64,000 nt of DNA, from the NCBI GenBank assembly GCA_050613775.1, contig JBODTK010000131.1, positions 124,001-188,000 of the forward strand, read 5' to 3'. Each line of letters opens with the position of its first letter. The first letter of the stretch is position 1. Of this stretch, positions 27,240 through 41,666 are shown piece by piece. The DNA is from Neocallimastix sp. 'constans' (taxonomy: Eukaryota). The position numbers and the translations under genes are program-made. The notes under the pieces were generated by a model, which saw nothing but the letters and a program-made list of their open reading frames with translations, did not search any database and had not been told where the DNA came from.

Positions 27240-30200
27240 GTATTTTTTTTGAAAAATTTTTATTATCAGAAAAATTTTCATCAGATGAATTTTTGAAATT
27301 ATCTTGATTTTCGACTTTTGGTCCTCTTCATCTTGAATTTTTGTAGAAATGTCCTTACCAATATTATTAGAAATATTGGTATCATTTTGATCCTCCGTCG
27401 CTGGGCTTTTACCTTTGTCCTTTATGGGTAAATGTTCATTATTTGAATTTTTATGATTTTGTTCATTAAGTCCAGTAGGTGATTTCTTTGAAGAAGGTCC
27501 CAAATTTTTGTTATTTTTCTTGAAATTTCCGTTAAATTTATTTTCAGAAGATTTGTCATTGTGATGGCTATGATCTAGATTGTCTTCCCCAGAAAATTGT
27601 GGTGAATTTTTTGAAAAATAGAAATCAAAAGCTAGAAAGTCTTGGTCTCTATATTGATTAATTTTATTATTTGCTAATTTAACATTAGTAGGAGTACCCT
27701 AAAAACAGTATATTTCTCTACAATAGTGGATTGAATAATCGTGAAAATTCATAATGATATAACTGTTTGATTTTTCACTAAACCCAAGAAAAATTCCTTT
27801 CTTGGAATTGGGTGAAAATTTAGATTTTTTTTGACTTCTGTCAATATAAAAAGTGATACATCCGAATACTTTGATATGATTAATTTTTACTTTATTCATA
27901 TAGAAGATTTCATCTGGAATTTTATTATGAATTCCAGAATGAGGAACTTTGTTATTTATATAATTTGCATATATTATCGCGAAGTCATAAAAATTTTCAC
28001 TTAGTCCACTCCAATATAGCAAGGTTTTTGCGCAGGAAACAATAGTTAAGTTAAATCTTTCGCATAATTCGTTATTTTCTGGATTATACAGGGGAGAGAA
28101 AACCTTTTCTATTCCATTTTCATTGGAAAAGGAATCCATTTTCTTGTTTTTATATTCCTTTGCATTATCAGATTTAAAAACTTTTATTTTATAATCTTTG
28201 TATTTATTGTTTAACATTCTTAAGGTATTAAATGATAATGTCTGTAGCTTCTGATTTACTCTTCATAATAAAGACCCATGATTTTCTTGATACTTCATCT
28301 AGGATAGTTAGTATAAACCTTTTTCCTGTGTATGATGTGTTAATTGGACCAATAATATCCGAGTGGATAACTTCTAATATTTCTTTGGCTCTGGGAGGAG
28401 TTTTATTGTGTGGATTTCGTTTCATTTTCGCGATTCTGCAATCTTCACACTTATCTAAGTTAATTTCATGATGGTTTAGGAAGTTTTTCAAATTTTCTTG
28501 GTAGAAATGGCCAAGCCGTTGATGCCAAATTAATTCTTCGGCATTACGAAAATTTTGAATTGCCATAATATTATTCTTATTGTTTCTTTCGTTTTCAATA
28601 TTGAAATGAGTAGCTACGATTTTAACTTCATTGGAATTATTAGCTTGGAATGTGGCAATATTATTATAGTTGTTATCTAAAATTTTAAGGATAATACTAT
28701 TGTGTTTATCCTTTTCTGTCAAGGTTTTAACACCTTGTTTTGCCCATTCTACTCCACTAATAATATTTTTAGCTACTTCTTTTGAATATAATACTTTATT
28801 TAATTTAAATGGTGATTATTAATAGTAAATTCAAATTCACCATAACCTTCAAAATAACAATAAGTATTATTTACACATCTTAACTTTATTTTTTCTTTTT
28901 TAAAATTTTTAAGTAGACTTAGATTATAAGTTATATGTTCACCAGCCCCTGAATCATATAACCATTCTGATGTTTCTGTTTTATTGTAATTAATATTAAA
29001 ATTTTCATTTGTATTATTTGTATTTATTTCCTTTTTATTAATACTATTTATAAAAAATTTCTTTAACTAAATTTAATTTATTTTCTACTCTTGTTGTTAT
29101 ATTATTTTTAATTAAAACTTCATTTTTAACATCTTCTTTATCATAATTTATGAAACAATTTGATTTTTCAGATTCATGATATTCATCTGAATCATCATCA
29201 TCCACATATTTTCCTTTGCTTTTAGGATCATAATATTTATAAAACATTGGGCGGATATCATCATAAGATACATTTTCGTTGTATTCATTATTTAAATTAA
29301 TGTATCTAACAGCTTTTTCATTTTGCCCATTATAATGTGGATGATAATTATTTCTGTATTTTTGTTCATCTTGAATGTAGTACTTGTTATATAATCCTTT
29401 TGGATTTCTTGGATTATATCTACATTCTTTGGTAGAATGGCCTCTTTTTTCACATATTTCACAGAATTTATTATTATTGTTATATTTATTTCTATTAAAT
29501 TTATCTTTATTGTTTTGTTTACTTGAATTTCCTTTTTTTGGGAAAATTTTTATTATTGTTCTTGCTTTTTAAATTTTTCCTATCTTTGTGTCCAAGTTTC
29601 CCAGCATAATCTATATCCATTGGATCATCAGAGTCATTTCCATTTTGGGTAACATCGTCGACATAAATTCAGGTATTTATGTCGTTTACGATGGTGGTCC
29701 TAAGATTTTCAGCAGTTTCATTGCCATTTAATGTTATTTTCTTTTTGTAGCTTGTAGGCAATGATTTTAATATGTATTTAACTTTTTCCTTTTCAGAAAT
29801 ATTATTTCCGGAAAATTCCATACCTTTAAATAATTTAAATAGTCTTTTTAAGGTAAATGGAATATCTTCCTCTTTCTTCGCTTTTACCTCTCTTAATTTA
29901 TTCATCCATTGAGTCATATCGTTTTCGTTGAGTTTATACTCCCCTTTTAAATATTCAATTATTTCACAAGGGGTAGTCATTCCGATTATGTTCTCATGAA
30001 TTTTGGTACATATGGTATTTTCTATGATGTAGCGGACTTTTGTATTATTCCTTTTTGCGTTTTCTATATCATCCACATTACTATTTGTGGCCTTTTCTTT
30101 TTCTTTTACTACATCCTTTATTAAATATTCCTCTTAAGCCATCTTTTTCGAGGACATCTTTTAAACTATCATACTATATGTTATAATTTTTGCCATTCAA

Positions 30201-30794
30201 TATGGCTTTCTTTTTGAAAAATAAGGATTCGTTCATAAAAATTTTTATTATTTTTTTTTTTTTAATTTAAAATTAATATTATGATGATTTTGTGTTTTAT
30301 TAAAAACAATTTTGTGTTGTATTAAAGAATTTTATTTATATTTTATTTAATTATTATTTTATTTTATTAAAGATATTTTATATTATTTTATCTCTGATTT
30401 ATGAGAATGTTAAGAGTACAAATGAGACTCTTAATCTATTAAAGAAATTTATTTATTTATTAATTATTCATACATTTATTTATTTATTATAAAATATTTT
30501 ATTGACGAAAGTCACGAATTTTCGTCTAAAGAATAAACAAATATTTTTATATAAACTTTATAATTATTTCATGTAAATAAACAAGAATAAAGAGATTATT
30601 TACATGCGCATGATAAATTTAATGATTTACATTTAATTACGTATTAACATAAATAATGTTAATTTAAATTTTAAGTTTATTTTTTACATAAATGTTTATG
30701 ATTTATATTATCTATTATTTAACTATAAACCTAAATCTATTATTTAATTATAAACCTAAATTGTTAAGTTTATTTATTTATATTATTTAATACT

Positions 30795-30800
<6 letters not shown>
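27240..30800 (-). mobile_element. Ty1/copia element B, 3'-truncated (5' LTR, PBS, gag, PR, IN; no RT/RNase H)
   Basis: LTR 30437-30800 with terminal inverted repeat TATTAAAG..CTTTAATA and PBS at 30422-30436. Gag from ~30236, Zn knuckle CEICEKRGHSTKEC (~29420-29465), protease WLYDSGAGEH (~28935-28965), integrase WHQRLGH..CEDC, HSDIIGP and KSDNAKEY. Confidence 0.92.
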
Positions 30801-30832
<32 letters not shown>

Positions 30833-30833
<1 letters not shown>

Positions 30834-30946
30834 GTTAATAGAATAGGAAATTTACAACATGTGATTTATATATATGTATAGATTTATGTATTCATGTATA
30901 AAATAATATATGAAATAAATTTATGTAATGATGACTCTTTTAAAAA

Positions 30947-30977
<31 letters not shown>

Positions 30978-33900
30978 AAATTATATTAAACTTTATTATT
31001 TCTCGAGTTATTACCGGGGAAGTCGGTTGACAGATTAAGAGTCACAAACAAATCTTGAGAGAATAATATTATTAATTAATACAAAATGAATAAAGAAAAA
31101 TCATTAATTGTTCTAAAAGAAACATCTAATTACATATTATGGTTTGACTCAATAACCACAGAATTTCAAAAGGAACAAGACTCCGAATACGCCAAGGAAA
31201 ATAAAATTAAAGACATAGACGTGGATGATCCGAAGAAAAAAGAAGACCTAGAACACCTGATGAAAAATGCTATCGCCAGGTCTTTGATACTTCATTCTAT
31301 TACTCCAGAAATCCACAAAAAGGTTGCTGGGATATTATCAGCAAAAGATATAATGGATAAATTAAAAAAGTATTTTGGCGGAGACAAGAATGACACATCA
31401 TACTGGATATCTAGGCTTAATTCGTTATCTACCAGTAAAGAAGAGAAAATTATGGAAACTCTTGACCAAATGAGGGATATTTTCAAAGTTATGGATAGCT
31501 CCCAGCTTAGAATCAGTGATGAAGAAAAAATCAAATATCTTTATAATGCCTTGCCGGAAGACTACATGGGAAAATTTATTTTGGAACAAAACGAAACTTT
31601 TGACTCTCTTTATAACAAAATTGATGCCGACCTGAAGAAAAGATCATATATTAAAGGTTGGAATTATGATAACAGAAATGATGATACCATGGAAATAGAC
31701 CAAGTAAGAAAAATAGCCATCAAAAATAAAAACAATTATAAAAATAATAAATATTGCTCTATTTGTGAAAAAAACTAATCATAGTACAAAGGAGTGTTGG
31801 TACAACTTAAAAAATAAAAATAGCAAATTTATACAAATGTTAAATAAGTGTTCAAATGATAAAAATAATAATTATTTTAATAAAAACAAAAATAACAAAA
31901 ATAAAAATTACTATAGTAAAAACTATAAAAACAATAATAAATAAGAATATAAATTCGCCTGAAATATTTCTAAACACGACATTAACAATTATTATAATTC
32001 TAATGTAGATTTTGAAGATATAAAATTCATGTTCCTTGAGGATAAACAAGAGTTAAATAATAATAATAATAAATATAACAAATTACATGTATTTCAAAAT
32101 AAAAACTTAAATAAAGATAAATATTTTAAATCTTTTATAAATTATATGTGCATTTTTAAAAATTCTGGTGTTTTATTGATGAATAAATATAATAAATCTA
32201 GTTGGTTATATGATTCTGGTGCTGGAGAACATCTAACCAATGATAAAAGTTTGTTAATAAATTATAAAGAAGAGAAATGTATTTTAAAATGCGCAAATAA
32301 CTCTTCTTGCGTTTTTGAAGGTTATGGTGAATTCCATTTTTTTATTAATAGTCATAAAATCGTTTTAAAACGTGTATTATATTCTAAAGAAGTTTCTAGG
32401 AATATTATTAGTGGCATTGAACTTGCCAAAATAGACATTAAAGCATTAACGGAAAGGTCTGATAATAGAGTTAAACTCACATTAATAGATAAAAATAATA
32501 ATACCATCGGAACTTTTCACTCTATTAATAATAACGAAATTTTAATCACTGCTATACATAATGATAAAACAAAACAAAATATTAAAAATTATATTTTCAA
32601 TATATATAAATTAAATCATGATAGTAAATTAATATGACACAGAAGACTTGGCCATTATTATATTGAAAATATAGATGATTATTTAAATTTAAATAATATT
32701 AAAGAACCATTATGTATTGACTGTAGAATATCTAAAATGAAAAGAAAACCTCATAATAAAGAAATGCCAAAAGCAAGCGATATTCTTGAGGTTATTCATT
32801 CCAATATCATTGGTCCCATTAATGATTCTATTAATGGAATGAGATTTATTATAACTTTTATTGATGAAAAATCTCATAAAAGTTGGATTTTCCTTATGAA
32901 AAGGAAAAGCGAAGCCATTGATATCATGATTAAATTTTTAAAATATTTAAATAATTTATTTAATGACAAAAAAGTTAAATTAGGCCATTTAAGTACTTTT
33001 GGTTGTATAACTTATTACAAAATTTATGATCAAAACAAAAGCAAATTTCATTCTAACTCTAATAAAGGAATTTTTCTTGGATTTGACGAAAAAACTCATA
33101 GTTATTTAATTATGGATTTTAATAATTATAATCTACGTTCTGTCAGAGAAATATTTTGCATTGAAGATGAACCTGCAAATTTTTCTTTATCTAATTCAGC
33201 TGCAGATAAAAATGAGTACCCAACATTTTTAAAATTTGACTTTAATTTAAGCAAATATTCAACAATCAATAAAGATTTTTATTTCCCAAACAATAATGAA
33301 AATAATTCAGATATTAATAAAAATAACTCAAAAAATAATAAAAATAATTCAGAAAACAATAAAAATATTTCAGACATTACACCTATAAATAATGACAATA
33401 ACAACACTAAACAAAATAATAATAATGATATTATTAAAGAAAATAATAATCCTGACAGTAGAGTTAACAATAAAAAAGACAATAATATCAACATTATCTC
33501 TAATAATAATGGAGATAGTGATGATGATTTCTACTCAGTTGATGGTAATGAAGAAGATAATTTTTCAAAAAATGGTGAAAAAAAATTTAATAATAAAAAT
33601 TTGAATGATTTTGACATAAAAAATGATGGAACACAAAATAATAATAATTTAAGTTCAGAAAATTTTAATATAAGCAACAAAAATAATAATAATTATTTAA
33701 ACTATGACGATTCTATTTATATGAATCAAAATAATAAAAGAATAAGGAATAAGTTCAAAAATTAATATTTATCATAAAAACCTTAAAATCTAAAATTGAA
33801 TATTCAAAATAACAATGATTTAATTTCACTAAATAATAATAATATATTATCTAATAATCAAAATATTAATAATGAAAATAATTTATATTCAAATTCAAAT

Positions 33901-36403
33901 AATTTAATTTTTAACAATAAAATAAATGAAAATCAAAATAATTTTAATTTAAAATCTAATAATTATGATTTAAATAATAATAATAATTCTTCAAGTTATT
34001 TAAATATTTATTATAATAATCAAATTAATAAAAATTTTATTAATGAAAGTTTATATAATTTTGATGATATTAATTATACTCAAAATAATTTTAATAATAA
34101 ATTAATCAATAAAAATTTAATTAATAATGAAACCTTAAATAATAATCAATCTGACCTAAATTATACGAATAATATGAATATTGATATAAATAATAATAAT
34201 ATCATACTACGGAATAATTATATGGATAATATATCAAATAATCATAATGATCATATAATAAATAAATTAAATTTTAATAGCAATTCAAATTTCCATTCAA
34301 ATGAATCAAATATTAATATACAGGAGAAAAAACTATTGAAAATGAAAATAATAACAATAATATTATAAACAAAAATAAACAAATCCCTCTTAAAGGCCAC
34401 AGAACTTTAATTATAAATAATAATTGTCCAGAGAAAATTACACAAAATTATTCAAAAATAAGAGACATTCTTAATAAAAATAAATTCTATAAACCTAAAA
34501 AAAATCCTTTTATTAATTCTCATATTTCTCTATTCAAAAGAAAAATATACAAAAAACATTCTTATAATAATAAACGTAAACATTACAAAGTTTTAAATAA
34601 AAATAGTAATAATTCAAATACTTTAAATACTAATGATTTTTCAAATAAATTTATTGCTAATAAAATTATAAATATTCCTTTAAATTATTATGGAGCAATA
34701 AATTGTAAAAACCATTTAGAATGGGAAAAAGCAATTAATGTTGAATAAAGTAATTTATATAACAATAAAATTTTTTCATTCGTAAAATTTGCCCACAAAA
34801 ATGAAAATTAAATTTCAACAAAGTGGGTATTTACTAACAAAATTGGTCCGGACAATAAAATTGTCAAAAGAAAGGCTTGTGTAGTGGCTAGAGGATTTAA
34901 ACAAAGAAAAGGTATCGATTTTGACTTAACTTACTCCCCTACATTAAATATTGATGGATTAAAATTAATTATTGCCTTAGCTTCAAAATTTAAATGGAAT
35001 ATGATTCAATTAGATATAAAAGCTGCATATTTAAATGCACATTTTGAAAAGGACATATATACTACTATTCCGCCAGGCGACCCTAATTTTGGAAAAGGAT
35101 ATTGGATGATGAATAAAGCCTTATATGAACTTAAGCAATCCGGAAGTCAGTGGAACATTACTATCACAAAATTTTTGGTAAACAACGGTTATCATCAACT
35201 CATTTCGGAAAAATGTATTTTTAAAAGAATAATTAAAAATAAACTTTGGGCATTATTGGTTTATACGTTGATGATATATGTAATTACTGGTGAAGATAAA
35301 GAAATTAAAAGAATAGTTAATATTATTAAAAATAATTTTAAAGTATCAAAAGTTGAACCAATTAATTATATTTTAGGTATCAAAATTGATTAAGAAGATA
35401 ATAAATATTATATTTCTCAAGAAGGTTTTATAATAAAATTATTAGAAACATTTAATTTAATGTATGCAAAAAAAAAAATACTTCATGTGTAGGAGATAAT
35501 ACTAAAGGAGAAAACAAAAAACCTTTTGACGTAACTACTTATAAAAGTGCAATTGGCTCTTTAATCTATTTAGCAAAATATACACGCCCAGATATATCTT
35601 TCGCTGTTGGAAAGGCCACAAGAATATCTGAAAAACCTACAATAACAGATTGGATAAAGGTTACCCACATACTAAAATATTTAAATACCACTAAAAATTA
35701 TAAAATATGCTATGATGGTAAAGGCGAAATAATTGGATATACTGATTCAGATTTTGCTGGAGATATAAAGGATAGGAAATCTACATCTGGAAATATTATT
35801 TTGATGGGCAATAATCCTATTTGTTGGACAATTAAAAAACAATCTATTGTAGCTACATCTACTGCTGAAGCAGAATACATAAGCACATCTGAATGTATTA
35901 AGAAGGTTTTATGGATCAGAAACATATTATAAGAATTATTTAAATTTAAAATACCAATTAAAATATTTACAGAGAATATTGCAAGTAAAACTAATATTGA
36001 AAATGATGAGATAAATCCAAAATTAAAACATATAGCAATTAAATATTTCTTTGATAAAGATAATATAGAAAAAGGAAAAGTAAAACTAGAATATATAGAT
36101 ACTAAAAATATGTTAGCAGACGTTTTAACAAAAGATAAAAATGGTCCTTTTATGACAAATTTCACAAACAAAATTTTTCATAAGAAAAATTAGTTTGAGG
36201 GGGGAATGTTAATAGAATAGGAAATTTATAACATGTGATTTATACATTAGTATAGATTTATATATTCATGTATAAAATAATCTATGAAATAAATTTATGT
36301 AATGATGACTCTTTTAAAAATAAAATAAAAATAAAATAAATAAATAAATAAATTATATTAAACTTTATTATCTCTCGAGTTACTACCGGAGAAGTCGGTT
36401 GAC

Positions 36404-36404
<1 letters not shown>
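30833..36404 (+). mobile_element. Ty1/copia element C, both LTRs present, defective
   Basis: LTRs 30833-31032 and 36207-36404, PBS 31033-31046, PPT GAGGGGGGAA, flanks ATACT/ATAAT. Gag from 31086, protease WLYDSGAGEH, integrase with an in-frame core deletion, RT ARGFKQRKGIDF..QLDIKAAYLNA and RNase H YTDSDFAGD. Multiple stops and frameshifts. Confidence 0.95.
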
Positions 36405-36467
<63 letters not shown>

Positions 36468-36701
36468 AAAAATAAAATAAAATATAATAAAATATATATT
36501 TATATTTAATTTTATTTTTATTTATTATTTTTTTTTTTTTTTTAAATTAAACTAAATAAAATTAAATAAATATATAAAATAAAATAAAATATATATAAAC
36601 ATTTTTAAATAAATATATATCTATAATTTAATTTTATTTTGCTTTATTTTATTTTATTTTTATTTATTTTATTTAAAATATATAAATATATATTAATAAA
36701 A

Positions 36702-36783
36702 ATAAGGACTCTAGTAATAAATCATTGTGTGTCTACGGATGTGCAGCTGGGGAGAAATCCTGCTACGGTAGTTTAAAAAAAAA
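36702..36783 (+). mobile_element. 82-bp poly(A)-tailed insertion with 12-bp TSD (truncated LINE/SINE 3' end); second copy at ~54257-54338
   Basis: A GC-richer segment ending GCTACGGTAGTTT+A-run is flanked by ATATTAATAAAA at 36690-36701 and 36784-36795. The related site at ~10345 lacks it. Confidence 0.65.
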
Positions 36784-37079
36784 ATATTAATAAAAGGAAA
36801 AATAATTTTTATTAAATAAATAAATAAATAAATAAATTAAATAAAATAAAATAAAATAAAATAAAAAATAAAATAAAATAAAATAAAATAAATAAGTAGA
36901 ATATTAAATATAAAGTACAGATGGAATAAAATAAAATAAAGTTTCTATTATAAAAGAGTTCATTCTTAACTAAAAAATTTAAAAAATTTTTAAATCTATT
37001 GATTGATCTAAAACAAATAATGTGGTAGAGTAAAACATATTCTGTCTATTGAATTGCTTATGTCATCATCATCATCATC

Positions 37080-37119
<40 letters not shown>

Positions 37120-37143
37120 TATTATTATTATTATTTATTATTA

Positions 37144-37206
<63 letters not shown>

Positions 37207-37220
37207 TATTATTATTATTA

Positions 37221-37312
<92 letters not shown>
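37080..37312. repeat. (ATT)n microsatellite
   Basis: Direct reading; homologous to the tracts at ~22940 and ~54700. Confidence 0.95.
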
Positions 37313-38556
37313 ATATGGAAATTTATAATAATAATTTTTATAAATCTTATTCATTATTCATTATTTTATTATAATTACTACTATAATATATATTATATAT
37401 TATTTTATAATCTATTGAATTATACTTTTATTTTTATATTTATATATTATATTTAACTTTAATAGGACTTAAATCAATTTATTTTATTTTATCTTATATT
37501 ACATAATATATTATTATGTATTATTTTATATTTATTTTATTTATATATAATATATATTTATTATTTAAATATAGATATTATATTCTTATATATATAATTT
37601 ATATTATATGTTTAAAATGTATTTCTTATTATTAAATTTTATAATTTTAAAATGTAATTTCTTAATAATAATCAATTTCTAATTAATAAATTAATTTAGA
37701 AAAGGGATTTTTTAGTTATTTTAGGAAAAATAATAATAAATCAAATAAAGATAATAACAAATATTATTATAATTAAAATATAGCACATAAAAGTTGTATA
37801 TCACTACATTAATCACGTGTAATTATTTAAATAACGTGACACTATAATTCTATGATTAAATTAACATATATTTATTGATATATAATAGAAAAAATTTTTT
37901 TTTATTTTTTTAATAAAAATTTTATTTTCATTTTTTTTTAAATTTAAGTAACTTTTTATTCAATTTATTTATATATTATATTACATTTTGGATATATATT
38001 ATTTTATATTATTAAATTATATTTATATATTTAATAATACTACTTCTTATATGCATTAATTTTAGTACATATTACTATTTCATAATTAATATATTATATA
38101 GTGTATTCTAATATATAATAATTTTATATTATATATAAATTATAATAATAATAAAATATAAAAAATAATAATAATAATAATAATAATAAAAAATTAAATT
38201 TTTTTTTATTTTAATTATTAAAAATTTATTTTAAAAAAATAAAAAATGGAACTAAAAAAAAAAAAAAAAGAAAAAAAATTGGAACTAAAAAATGGTTAAA
38301 AAAAATTTTAAATTAGAATAAAAGGATAAGAAAATCTTTTAATGAAAAAAATTTTTTTTTTCTTTTAAATTCATACAATAAATAAAAATAAAATAAAATA
38401 AAATAAAATAAAATAAAATAAATAAAAATAAAATAAATAATTAAAAAAAATTATAAATAATTAAAAAAAAATATAAATAATTAAAAAAAATTATAAATAA
38501 TTTCAATTTTTTTAAAATAATAATTAATTGAATAAATAAAAAAATTTTTAAAAATT

Positions 38557-40116
38557 ATGGATTTATTTATTGATAAAAGTAAAAAAGATTTGAAAGAAGA
38601 ACTTAATAAGGAAATTAGAAGTGGCAATACTCAAAAATTAAAAAATATTTTAGATTATGCCACAGAAAATAAAATTATTTTAGAATTAAATAAAAAAGAT
38701 AAATATGGAAGTTATCCACTTTTAAGTGCCACTTATTGTAATAATACTGAAATGGTTCAATTGTTAATTGATTATGCCACTGAAAATAAAATTATTTTAG
38801 AATTAAATGAAAAAGATGAAGATGGAATGTATCCACTTTTAAGTGCCACTTTAAAAAATAATATTGAAATAGTTCAATTATTAATAGATTATGCCAATAA
38901 AAATAAAATTATTTTGAATTTGAATGAAAAAGATGAATATGGATGGTATCCACTTTTAAGTGCCACTTTAAAAAATAATATTGAAATAGTTAAATTATTA
39001 ATGGATTATGCCAATAAAAATAAAATTATTTTGAAATTAAATGAAAAAAATAAATATGGAAATTATTATCCACTTTTAGAAGCCACTTATCATAATAATA
39101 TTGAAATGATTAAATTATTAATCGATTATGCCAATAACAATAAAATTATTTTGGAATTAAATGAAAAAAGAAGATATGGATATACTCCAATATTTGGGGC
39201 AATGCAAAATAATAATATTGAAATGTTTAAATTGTTGGTGGAATATTCCATAGAAAAAGGAATAAAATTAATAATTGATGAAAATGATATTGAAAATATG
39301 ATTTCAAAAAAATATTACCTTTGTAAATTAAATAATATTTCAGAAATTAATTACAAATTTTTAAAATTAATCTATTTTCATAAAAATAAAAATATAATTG
39401 AAGTAATATTCAGCAATAGCAGTTACTTTTTGAAAAAATTTAATAAAATTAATGAAAATGAAAGAAAAGTAAAAAAAAAAATAGAAAAAGAAAATGAATC
39501 AATGAAAATAGAATTGGAAGAAGAAAAAAAGGAGAAAGAAAAAATAAAAAAAGACTTGGAATTACTGAGAATAGAAAAAGGAGAAAAAGAAAAGAAAGAA
39601 TTGGAAAAGAAAAATTATATAATTGAAAAAATTAAAAAGAAAAGAGATAATAATGAAACCTTATTAACCTCTGAATGTAAACAAGGTAATATTGAAGAAG
39701 TTAAAAAAGAAAAAATAGAAAAAGAAAATGAATCAATGAAAATAGAATTGGAAAATGAAAGAAAAACAAAAGAAAAAATAGAAAAAGAAAATGAATTAAT
39801 AAAAATAGAATTGGAAGAAGAAAAAAAGGAGAAAGAAAAAATAAAAAAAGACTTGGAATTACTGAGAATAGAAAAAGAAGAAAAAGAAAAGAAAGAATTG
39901 GAAAAGAAGAATTATATAATTGAAAAATATAATAATAAAAGAGATAATAATGAAACCTTATTAACCTCTGAATGTAAACAAGATAATATTGAAGAAGTTA
40001 AAAAATTAATTCATTGTAGAATGAATATCAATAAGAAAAATAAAGATGGAGATACGCCATTATTAATTGCTTGTAAAAATGGAAATATAGAATTAGTTAA
40101 ATATTTATTAAGTTAA
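38557..40116 (+). CDS. Ankyrin-repeat/coiled-coil protein, paralogue 4 (intact; 4 internal repeats; internal duplication of coiled coil plus RDNNETLLTSECKQ segment)
   Basis: Uninterrupted 519-aa ORF ending with the canonical ankyrin KDGDTPLLIACKNGNIELVKYLLS. Confidence 0.92.
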   Translation: MDLFIDKSKKDLKEELNKEIRSGNTQKLKNILDYATENKIILELNKKDKYGSYPLLSATYCNNTEMVQLLIDYATENKIILELNEKDEDGMYPLLSATLKNNIEIVQLLIDYANKNKIILNLNEKDEYGWYPLLSATLKNNIEIVKLLMDYANKNKIILKLNEKNKYGNYYPLLEATYHNNIEMIKLLIDYANNNKIILELNEKRRYGYTPIFGAMQNNNIEMFKLLVEYSIEKGIKLIIDENDIENMISKKYYLCKLNNISEINYKFLKLIYFHKNKNIIEVIFSNSSYFLKKFNKINENERKVKKKIEKENESMKIELEEEKKEKEKIKKDLELLRIEKGEKEKKELEKKNYIIEKIKKKRDNNETLLTSECKQGNIEEVKKEKIEKENESMKIELENERKTKEKIEKENELIKIELEEEKKEKEKIKKDLELLRIEKEEKEKKELEKKNYIIEKYNNKRDNNETLLTSECKQDNIEEVKKLIHCRMNINKKNKDGDTPLLIACKNGNIELVKYLLS

Positions 40117-41666
40117 ATTTATTAATTTCATAAAATCCTTTTATTTCCCTTCTCTTCATAATTAGTATATATTTTATTGATTATTATTAATTATTACAAG
40201 AAAAAACAAATTAGAAATTACTATTTTTTTATTTTTAAAACTGAATTTATTAAAAGTTCTTTCATTATAAATAATAATGAAAAAATATTATTTATTATGA
40301 AATAAAAAATATGAATTAGAAAAAAAAAAAATAAAAAAATAAAAAATATAAATTTAAATTTAAAAAAAAAAATTTTTTTCTTTTTTATTTCTAAGTAATT
40401 TTTTTTTTTTTTTTTTAAATTTCTTTATTAAAATATTTATTTTTATATGATGTTTTGTAATAATTTTATATAATTAAAATATTTAGTTTTAATTTAGATT
40501 AATAAATTTAATAATTTTTTACTTTCTTTTTCTTTTACTCACTCATTTCGATAAATATAAATGAATATATTTTTTATTTTTTAAAAATTTTAAAAGTGAA
40601 AAGTTGCTTTTTTGATCTATTTTTTTAATTTAATTTTATCATTGATAAATTTCTCTTCAAACATATTCTAGTGTAAGGAAAAATTTATACTAACGAAACC
40701 ACTATATTACTTCGTTAAAGTACTTGTAAAGATGACCTTTTATTATTCATATTTACATTTTAAATATAAATAATAGTTTTTAATATATTTAATGTAAACT
40801 ACAAATAAAAATAAAATAATTTTATAAAACAACATTAATAATTCATAAACATGTATTATTAATTATACTAGTTAGTTTTATATATATTATTTATTAATAT
40901 TAATATTTCATTATTAAATTTTCCTCTTTCTTTTCTTTTCTTTTGTTTTCTTTTCTTATCTTTTCTTTTCTTTTTCAAAAATAAATAGAAGTTCAATTGC
41001 ATTTTTTTTTTATAATTTTTAATTCAGAGAAATGCTTTATTTTTATGTTATTTAGTTATAATTAACTATTTAATATTATTATCATTATTTATTATTTAAT
41101 CATTATTTATTAATAAATACTCTTTTTATTATTTATTATTTATTATTCAATTTTTTATTTATTATATTATTTATTATTTATTATTTATTGTTTCAATATT
41201 TATGGACATAAAAAGTAATAAAAACAGTTAAAAATTATAATTTATTAAATAGGTAAATAATATTATAAAATATATTTTAGTATATTATAATATATACATT
41301 TATTTTAAATAGTTAAAAAATAAATAAAAAAAATTAAATAAATAAATGTTCCTTTTTTTTTTTTTTTTTTTAATTATTACAATTTTATTTAAAAAAATAA
41401 AAAAAAAATGGAAATAAAAAAATAAAAATTGGAATTAAAAAATTTTTTTTTTTTTTTAAAATTATTATTATTAATATAAAAGGAAAAGAAAATATTTTAT
41501 GAAAAAACATTTTTTTTTTTTAAATACATAATAAAATAAATAAAAAATAATAAATGAATAAATAAAATTAAACATAAATTATAAATAATTTTATTTTTTG
41601 AAAGGAAATTCATAAAATAAGTAAAAAAAAAAAAAAAGTAATTGAATTAAAAAAAATTTGAAAATT

